Below the pieces are notes generated by a model. The model saw nothing but the letters and a program-made list of their open reading frames with translations, was not told where the DNA came from and searched no databases. This document shows, one piece after another, positions 57,428-64,000 of a DNA stretch of 64,000 nucleotides. The stretch comes from Minisyncoccota bacterium (GTDB lineage Bacteria > Patescibacteriota > Minisyncoccia > Phycocordibacterales > BOKC01): positions 204,551-268,550 of the forward strand of contig CP129473.1 in NCBI GenBank assembly GCA_030583745.1, written 5' to 3'. Position numbers and translations under genes: made by a program. The number at the start of each line of letters is the position of its first letter. Position 1 is the stretch's first letter.

Positions 57428-58741
57428 ATGGCAAAACAGACCTTTCAAGATATCGTTCCACCCGAAAAAGAAAAGACTATTAGAAAAATTCCTCTCTCTA
57501 GGGAAAAGACCGATAACACTGAAGAGGAGAGAAGTGGCAGAATTCGGCTGGCTCGTACTTTGGCCGGTGGTTGGAAGGGTGGAGGACCCGACAAACAACT
57601 TAATTTCTCAAGAAAAAATAAATTCTTAGGCCTAGGAGTGCTGGTGGTTTTTCTAATTCTATTGTTCGGAATATTTGGAAGAAGCGGAGCGGAAGTACAA
57701 ATTACTCCGAGACAAATTTCACACAACTTTGACTTGAGCTTAATAGCGAACCGTGAAGGGGAGAATTTAAGTTTTGAAATATTACAAATCAAAAGGGAAG
57801 CCGAAAAATCCGTTGAAGCCCAGGGGGAAGAAATGGTTGAAAGAAAGGCCTCGGGTGAAATCGTCATCTATAATAAGCACAGCACCAACCCACAGACCCT
57901 AATAAGAAACACCCGATTTGAAACTCCAGCAGGATTAATTTACAGGATCGAGGAAAGCGTAACGGTCCCCGGCATGACAGAGAAAGGTGGAGAAAAAAAT
58001 CCTGGTCAAATAAGGGTCAAGGTCTATGCCGATGAGCCGGGCGAAAAACACAACATCGGACTGACAGACTTTACGATTCCAGGGTTTAAAGGCCTACCCC
58101 AATATGAAAATTTTTTCGCGCGAAGTGCAACACCGATAACCGGAGGGTTTGTCGGTAGAATGAAAAAAGTTGATGATCAAACCCTAAAGACAGTCAGAGA
58201 AGAAATTAGAAGCACGCTTGAAAAAACACTAAAAGAAACAGCGATCGAAGACTCAAATGACGAATTTATAATCCTAACCGAGTCTCTAGAAATAAGATTC
58301 AGTAGTCTACCCGAGCAAGAAAGTGGCAACAACATGGTAAAGATAAGAGAAAGCGGAGAAATCAGTGGAATAAAAATAAACAAAAAAGAATTGGAGAAAG
58401 TCTTGGTAGAATCAGCTCTTGGAAACCGAGACGAAACTGAAATAAAAATCCCGAACTTAAAAAAACTGGTCTACAAGATAACAGACCCGAAAGAATTCCA
58501 TTCTTTGTCTGGCTTAAGTTCTGTGGTTTTTGAAATAAAGGGCACCGCCTCTCTTGCTTGGCAAATAAACCCGCTTACAATACAGGGAGAATTGGCGGGC
58601 AAAAAACAGAGAGATTTGAAAGATATATTGTCAAAATTCCAAGCCGTAGAACAAGCCACAGCCACCGTAAAACCTTTTTGGAAAAGAAGCTTTCCTTCAA
58701 ATCCGAAAAAAATTGACATTCTGATAAAAGAACAAATCTAA
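57428..58741 (+). CDS. bitopic membrane protein (hypothetical; possible partner of the upstream PilM-like gene)
   Basis: Basic cytoplasmic N-terminus, a single TM (FLGLGVLVVFLILLFGIFG) and a 350-aa extracytoplasmic domain. Confidence 0.35.
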   Translation: MAKQTFQDIVPPEKEKTIRKIPLSREKTDNTEEERSGRIRLARTLAGGWKGGGPDKQLNFSRKNKFLGLGVLVVFLILLFGIFGRSGAEVQITPRQISHNFDLSLIANREGENLSFEILQIKREAEKSVEAQGEEMVERKASGEIVIYNKHSTNPQTLIRNTRFETPAGLIYRIEESVTVPGMTEKGGEKNPGQIRVKVYADEPGEKHNIGLTDFTIPGFKGLPQYENFFARSATPITGGFVGRMKKVDDQTLKTVREEIRSTLEKTLKETAIEDSNDEFIILTESLEIRFSSLPEQESGNNMVKIRESGEISGIKINKKELEKVLVESALGNRDETEIKIPNLKKLVYKITDPKEFHSLSGLSSVVFEIKGTASLAWQINPLTIQGELAGKKQRDLKDILSKFQAVEQATATVKPFWKRSFPSNPKKIDILIKEQI

Positions 58742-58850
58742 AAAGCCCTTAATTGCTGGTGGAGAGCAAGATTCCATAATATAACCTTCGACTATTGACT
58801 CAAATAGCTATAATCTGCTAATATAGTCATCGTTATACCAAAATTTTAAA

Positions 58851-59072
58851 TTGATGCCATCATCAAGTCCCAAGAGCACCCTGCAAGGAGTAGTCGTAGA
58901 AGCCCTACCAGACACCTTGTTTAAGGTGAAAATCGACAACCAAGACAAAGAACTTCTGGTATATTTATCTGGCAAGATGCGTTTATACAGAATCAGAGTG
59001 ATGGTCGGCGACAAGGTTTTGGTTGAAATTGACCCTTACGGGGGTAAAGGACGGGTAGTTAAAAGAATTTAA
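58851..59072 (+). CDS. infA: translation initiation factor IF-1
   Basis: S1-like LQGVVVEALPDTLFKVKIDN...LVYLSGKMRLYRIRVMVGDKVLVEIDPYG sequence. Confidence 0.8.
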   Translation: MMPSSSPKSTLQGVVVEALPDTLFKVKIDNQDKELLVYLSGKMRLYRIRVMVGDKVLVEIDPYGGKGRVVKRI

Positions 59073-59125
59073 ATAAAGAAGAGTTGAAAAGTTTCAAATG
59101 AATAATTTGAAATTCGGATTTTTTT

Positions 59126-59242
59126 ATGAAAGTTAAAGCTTCAGTCAAAAAAATATGCCCGAAATGCCAGATCGTCAGGAGAAAAAGACGTGTTTATGTA
59201 GTCTGTAAAAGTAATCCGAGACACAAACAAAGACAAGGTTAA
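59126..59242 (+). CDS. rpmJ: 50S ribosomal protein L36 (38 aa; below the ORF-track cutoff)
   Basis: [38 protein letters not shown] read from the sequence. Confidence 0.85.
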   Translation: MKVKASVKKICPKCQIVRRKRRVYVVCKSNPRHKQRQG

Positions 59243-59256
59243 AACATTTTAAAATC

Positions 59257-59637
59257 ATGCGCATATTAGGTATAAACATCCCTGAAGAAAAAAGACTGGA
59301 AATCGGTTTAACCGTAATTTACGGCATTGGCCGCCCCAGAGCTAAACAAATCCTAAAAGAGGCGGGGGTAGATTTTGGAAAAAAATCAAAAGATCTAAAA
59401 ACTGAGGAAGAAAACGCTATCAGAAAACTCGTTGAAAAATTCAAAGTTGAGGGAGATTTGAAAAGAAAAATTAGTGCTGACATAAAAAGACTTAAAGATA
59501 TAAAAACATACAGAGGCACAAGACATTTAAGAGGATTACCGGTTAGAGGCCAGAGAACAAAAACAAATTCCAGAACGAGAAGAGGTAACGTCAGAAAGAC
59601 AATGGGTAGCGGAAAGAGGGCTGTTGAGAAGAAGTAA
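59257..59637 (+). CDS. rpsM: 30S ribosomal protein S13
   Basis: MRILGINIPEEKRLEIGLTVIYGIG... Confidence 0.95.
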   Translation: MRILGINIPEEKRLEIGLTVIYGIGRPRAKQILKEAGVDFGKKSKDLKTEEENAIRKLVEKFKVEGDLKRKISADIKRLKDIKTYRGTRHLRGLPVRGQRTKTNSRTRRGNVRKTMGSGKRAVEKK

Positions 59638-59677
59638 AATTTGTTTTAAATTTAGAATTTGAAGTATTAAATAAACC

Positions 59678-60106
59678 ATGGGAAAAAAGAGAATTATAAA
59701 GAAAACTGGAGCGCAAGAATCCGGACCAAAAACAAAAAATGTTTCGGTTTCCAAAAAAAATGTGGAGTACGGGGTTCTGCAAGTCCAATCAACCTTCAAT
59801 AACACCTTGGTCAATTTGACAGACAACAAGGGTAATACTTTAGCGTGGAGTTCAAGTGGTGCCGTTGGCTTTAAGGGAGCAAAAAGAGGAACACCCTTTG
59901 CCGCAGCCAAAGTTGGAGAGTTTTTAGGCGAAAAAGCTCAAGCAATGGGAATAAAAGAAGTCGGGGTTGTAATCAGGGGCGTTGGTGCCGGCCGAGAATC
60001 AGCAGTGCGAGGTTTTATATCAAAAGGAATTAATTTGTCTTTCGTTAGAGACGAAACCCCACTACCACATAACGGACCAAGACCACCGAGACCAAGACGA
60101 GTTTAA
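59678..60106 (+). CDS. rpsK: 30S ribosomal protein S11
   Basis: GVLQVQSTFNNTLVNLTD...FKG S11 signature. Confidence 0.95.
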   Translation: MGKKRIIKKTGAQESGPKTKNVSVSKKNVEYGVLQVQSTFNNTLVNLTDNKGNTLAWSSSGAVGFKGAKRGTPFAAAKVGEFLGEKAQAMGIKEVGVVIRGVGAGRESAVRGFISKGINLSFVRDETPLPHNGPRPPRPRRV

Positions 60107-60117
60107 AATAGAAAACT

Positions 60118-60738
60118 ATGAAAATTGGACCAAAATACAAAATAGCTAGGAGACTTGGTGCGCCTGTGTTTGAAAAAACCCAAACACAGAAATTTACCCT
60201 TTCTCAAGCAAAAAAATCCGGAGGACAGAGAAATCGCAAACACATGAGCCAAATGACGGATTTCAACAAGCAGTTGAGAGAAAAGCAAAAAGCCCGATAT
60301 TCTTACATATTGACAGAAAAGCAATTTTCGGGTTATGTTAAGATGTCCTTAAAACAAAAGACTGGGGACAAGGCCGGAAATCTTTTTGAAATTTTAGAGA
60401 GCAGACTGGATAACATTGTCTGGAGAGCTGGTTTGGCCTCAACCAAAATGGCCGCCAGACAAATCGTCTCTCACGGTCATATTTTGGTAAACGGCAAAAG
60501 AACAACTATTCCTTCACGCCAAATAAAAACAGGAGATAAAATCACAATCAGAAGCCAGAGCTTGGGAAAGGGTATATTTACTGACTTGGAAAAAAACCCT
60601 AATAAACAATCCATCCCGGACTGGATTGAGTTTGATATCAATAAAAAAGAAATAACACTGATTTCAAAACCTGATCTAAAAAAATCCGACAGTCTACTTT
60701 TTGACCTGAATTCGGTTTTGGAGTTTTACAGTCGTTAA
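60118..60738 (+). CDS. rpsD: 30S ribosomal protein S4
   Basis: MKIGPKYKIARRLG... N-terminus and an S4 domain. Confidence 0.95.
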   Translation: MKIGPKYKIARRLGAPVFEKTQTQKFTLSQAKKSGGQRNRKHMSQMTDFNKQLREKQKARYSYILTEKQFSGYVKMSLKQKTGDKAGNLFEILESRLDNIVWRAGLASTKMAARQIVSHGHILVNGKRTTIPSRQIKTGDKITIRSQSLGKGIFTDLEKNPNKQSIPDWIEFDINKKEITLISKPDLKKSDSLLFDLNSVLEFYSR

Positions 60739-60780
60739 TTTCGTTAAATCAAATTAGTAGCAAGTAAATTTAAATATTTT

Positions 60781-61725
60781 ATGATTTATCACGACATCGT
60801 CTTACCGTCAAAGCCAAAAATAATTTCAGAAGATGGAACTTCAGGAATATATGAAATAGACGGGCTCTATCCTGGATACGGACACACGCTTGGTAACTCT
60901 CTTCGAAGAATCATTCTTTCTTCTCTGCCGGGAGCGGCAATAACTTCAGTTAAAATTTCTGGAGCAGAACACGAGTTTTCAACCTTAAAGGGTGTGAAAG
61001 AGGACGTGATCACAATAATTTTAAATTTAAAGAAAATCAGAATAAAATTTTTGGCTGAAGGGGCGCAAACCATGCATCTGAAGGTCAAAAAAGAAGGAGA
61101 AGTGAGAGCTGGAGACATAGAGGTTCCAGGGCAATTAGAAATTATGAACACTGATCTTGTAATCGCACACCTGACCGACAAAAATACGACATTAGACATA
61201 GAAATGAACGTGGAAAGCGGTCTTGGTTATGTGCCAAAAGAAGTTTTACAAAAAGACAAGGTTGACATAGGAACAATCGCTCTTGATGCAATTTTTACAC
61301 CAATCAGAAGAGTTAGTTACGAAGTTGAAAACATGCGCGTTGGTGACCGAACTGATTTCAACAGGTTGAGAGTTTCAATTGAGACAGATGGCAGTGTTAC
61401 ACCCAAAGCCGCACTTGAGAAATCAATAGAAATTATGATAAATCAATTAAAAGCCGTGGTTGGTTTCCAAGAAGAAAGAATTATGACCGCTGAAGAGAAA
61501 CAGGAAAAATCTCCAGATGAAGATATTCTGAAAACTAAAATTGATTCTCTGGATATCTCAACAAGAACCTTAAACGCTCTATCAGCGGCAAATATCAAAA
61601 CAATCGGCGGACTTTCAAAGAAAAAAGACAAAGACTTGTTAGAAATCGAAGGTTTGGGACCTAAGGGCGTAGAGGAAATTAAAAAAATCCTTGCCGAACA
61701 CGGGCTAACCTTAAAACGAGGTTAA
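60781..61725 (+). CDS. rpoA: DNA-directed RNA polymerase subunit alpha
   Basis: N-terminal and C-terminal alpha domains ([22 protein letters not shown]...). Confidence 0.95.
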   Translation: [314 protein letters not shown]

Positions 61726-61739
61726 AATATTTTTACAAC

Positions 61740-62087
61740 ATGAGACATCACGACAGGAACAAAAAACTTGGTAGAGAAAAAAACCAGAGAGGGGCTCTAA
61801 TGAAATCACTGGCTCGATCTTTGGTCTTGCATGAAAAAATTAAGACGACTGAAACAAAAGCTAAGGCCTTGAGACCATATGTTGAACGTCTGATAACCCA
61901 AAGCAAGAAAAACACAATTCCTGCAAGAAGAATGGTTGTCTCAAAAATTGGAACAGACGGCGCGAAAAAGATGTTTGATATCCTGGGACCAAAGTATAAA
62001 GAAAGAAGGGGTGGTTACACAAGGATAACAAAGTTACAAAGAAGAAATAGCGACGATAGCAAAATGTCTTTGATAGAATTAGTTTAA
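61740..62087 (+). CDS. rplQ: 50S ribosomal protein L17
   Basis: MRHHDRNKKLGREKNQRGALMKSLARSLVLHEKIKTT... Confidence 0.9.
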   Translation: MRHHDRNKKLGREKNQRGALMKSLARSLVLHEKIKTTETKAKALRPYVERLITQSKKNTIPARRMVVSKIGTDGAKKMFDILGPKYKERRGGYTRITKLQRRNSDDSKMSLIELV

Positions 62088-62101
62088 TTTTTATATAAAC
62101 C

Positions 62102-62452
62102 ATGGCAACCACCATTGACGCAAAAAATAAAAAAATAGGCCGAGTGGCATCTGAAGCCGCCATCTTTCTTATGGGTAAAAATAAGCCCGATTACAAAAAG
62201 GGGGGAGCCCCAAGTCCAGACAATCGGGTCGAGATAATAAACGCCGCAAGAATGGTCATTACGGAAAAGAAAAGGGGGGATAAGGAATACAGAAGATACA
62301 CCGGATATCCCGGCGGGTTGAAGTCAGAAAATCTAGAAAATTTAATCAGTAGAAGAGGGGTGTCTGAAGCATTAAGGGGAGCGATTTACGGGATGCTTCC
62401 AAAAAATAAATTAAGATCGAATAGAATAAAAAATTTAACCATAAAAGAATAA
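62102..62452 (+). CDS. rplM: 50S ribosomal protein L13
   Basis: ATTIDAKNKKIGRVASEAAIFLMGKNKPDY... Confidence 0.85.
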   Translation: MATTIDAKNKKIGRVASEAAIFLMGKNKPDYKKGGAPSPDNRVEIINAARMVITEKKRGDKEYRRYTGYPGGLKSENLENLISRRGVSEALRGAIYGMLPKNKLRSNRIKNLTIKE

Positions 62453-62874
62453 TGACAAACCAAGACAGACAAAAAAAACAGGTTGAAAAATACATAGAGG
62501 CCGTAGGGCGGAGAAAGACATCGGTAGCTAGAGTTAGAATCACAGAAGCTGGAAAAAACTCGATCACAGTCAACAATAAAGATCTGAAAGATTATTTTCC
62601 AACCGAAACACTAAGAACAATTGCTAGCGAAGCTATCCATAAAATAAAACCGGAAAAAAAATTTAAAATCTCTGTTTTGGTAAAGGGCGGTGGTATAAGC
62701 TCGCAAGCCGAAGCTATAAGACACGGTGTGGCAAGATCACTTGTAGACGATAATCCAGAATTAAGAAAAAAAATAAAATCTGCAGGGTTCTTAAAAAGAG
62801 ATCCGCGTGCCAAAGAAAGAAGAAAATTCGGCTTAAAGAAAGCCCGAAAAGCTCCTCAGTGGTCAAAGAGATAG
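62452..62874 (+). CDS. rpsI: 30S ribosomal protein S9
   Basis: C-terminal GGGISSQAEAIRHGVARSL...KRDPRAKERRKFGLKKARKAPQWSKR. Confidence 0.9.
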   Translation: MTNQDRQKKQVEKYIEAVGRRKTSVARVRITEAGKNSITVNNKDLKDYFPTETLRTIASEAIHKIKPEKKFKISVLVKGGGISSQAEAIRHGVARSLVDDNPELRKKIKSAGFLKRDPRAKERRKFGLKKARKAPQWSKR

Positions 62875-62945
62875 AAAACAGTCTCGCTCTGATTTCAACA
62901 AAATAACAACAAAAATGTTGAGATTTTTAAGTCTTAAGTAAAAAT

Positions 62946-63506
62946 ATGGACGAAGAAATAAACAACCAACCAGAAGAATTTGAAGAAGATCTTGTGGCAG
63001 ACGAGGAAAATGGCGGGTGTCTAGAAAAAATCAAAAAACTTAAGCTTCAGCTGAAAAAAATCGAGGAAGAAAAAAAGTTGTATCTTGATGGGTGGCAAAG
63101 AACAAAAGCTGATTTTATAAATGCAAGAAAAAAAGATGCTGAAGAGAAAGATAATTTTGTAAAATTCGCAAATCAAAATTTGATTTCTGATATTATTCCA
63201 AGCTTGGATAATTTCCAATCAGCGCTTGAGAGTCAGGACTGGCAGAAAATGCCAGAAGGTTGGCGACAAGGAATAGAGAATTCGGTCAAAGAACTAGAAA
63301 AAACTTTGTCGCAAAGCGGTCTGGAAGAGATAAATCCAGAAAACAAAGCAGAATTTGATCCTAACTTTCATGAAGCGGTAGCGGTGGAATCGACCGATTC
63401 TCCGGAAAATGAAAATAGAATCGCAAGAGTAATTCAAAAAGGTTATAAACTCAACAACAGAGTTATCCGACCGGCAAAAGTCGTAGTCAGTGAATGTAAG
63501 AAGTAA
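62946..63506 (+). CDS. grpE: nucleotide exchange factor GrpE
   Basis: Coiled-coil N-terminus and a C-terminal GrpE beta domain (ARVIQKGYKLNNRVIRPAKVVV). Confidence 0.85.
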   Translation: MDEEINNQPEEFEEDLVADEENGGCLEKIKKLKLQLKKIEEEKKLYLDGWQRTKADFINARKKDAEEKDNFVKFANQNLISDIIPSLDNFQSALESQDWQKMPEGWRQGIENSVKELEKTLSQSGLEEINPENKAEFDPNFHEAVAVESTDSPENENRIARVIQKGYKLNNRVIRPAKVVVSECKK

Positions 63507-63593
63507 AAACAAGAAATTTTTTGCTGGACAATCGGTAAAAAATATATAAAATGTCTTCGTACAGAATACTTATTGGTTAATTTCTAAAAAACT

Positions 63594-64000
63594 ATGTCTA
63601 AGATTATAGGAATAGATTTAGGCACAACTTTTTCTGCAGTCGCGGTAGTTGAGGGGGGAGAACCAAGAATCTTAGAAAATTCAGAGGGTTCACGAACAAC
63701 TCCGTCGATTGTTTCTGTCAGCAAAACAGGCGAAAGACTTGCAGGTCTTTTAGCAAAAAGACAAGCTGTTACAAATCCAAAGAGTACGGTCTATCAAATC
63801 AAAAGATTTATTGGTCATTCTTTCGATGACCCCGCAGTTCAAAAGGACATAAAAACTGTACCTTTCGAAGTAAAAAAAGCTCCAGACGGCGGAATTTTGG
63901 TTAGAATGGGTGACAAAGATTATCGACCGGAAGAGATTTCGGCTATGATTCTGCAAAAAATAAAAACTGATGCCGAAGCCAAGCTCGGACAAAAAATTAC
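63594..64000 (+). CDS. dnaK: molecular chaperone DnaK, N-terminal fragment (continues past window end)
   Basis: [29 protein letters not shown]... Hsp70 signature. Confidence 0.9.
   Translation, partial: MSKIIGIDLGTTFSAVAVVEGGEPRILENSEGSRTTPSIVSVSKTGERLAGLLAKRQAVTNPKSTVYQIKRFIGHSFDDPAVQKDIKTVPFEVKKAPDGGILVRMGDKDYRPEEISAMILQKIKTDAEAKLGQKI

Overview
This window looks like a streamlined, AT-rich bacterial genome of the Patescibacteria/CPR type. Backbone genes include an F0F1 ATP synthase operon (atpBEFHAGD plus a short atpC), glycolytic and sugar-phosphate genes (glpX, class I fba, PGI/PMI, ROK kinase, a split PGM/PMM), leuS and alaS. A ribosomal and transcription cluster (infA-rpmJ-rpsM-rpsK-rpsD-rpoA-rplQ-rplM-rpsI) is followed by grpE and partial dnaK. 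Three tRNAs are present: Ala-TGC, Pro-GGG and Ala-GGC.

Several visibly GC-richer gene blocks interrupt this background and look foreign: a fatty-acid desaturase, PyrD-like and PyrC-like genes, an OPRTase-like gene, a Nudix-like gene and a few small hypothetical genes.

The most striking structure is an island of about 7.3 kb next to tRNA-Ala(GGC), at 23999-31299. A large serine recombinase gene is bracketed by perfect 124-bp inverted repeats. A DpnII/MboI-like type II restriction-modification cassette (C protein, Dam-like MTase, REase, second MTase), an SDH-like protease and a hypothetical protein are bracketed by perfect 263-bp inverted repeats. The two repeat pairs abut at a shared CCACC/GGTGG junction. 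GC-rich hairpin repeats of a 'GGAGGAATCCTCC' family occur inside these repeats and elsewhere in the window.

Other notable items: a standalone voltage-sensor-domain gene overlapping a Ca2+-type P-type ATPase gene; an ATP-cone/PD-(D/E)xK nuclease fusion in a DNA-repair cluster; recurrent TGnTATAAT promoters 7-12 nt from start codons, suggesting leaderless mRNAs; and several long perfect palindromes. No CRISPR array was seen.
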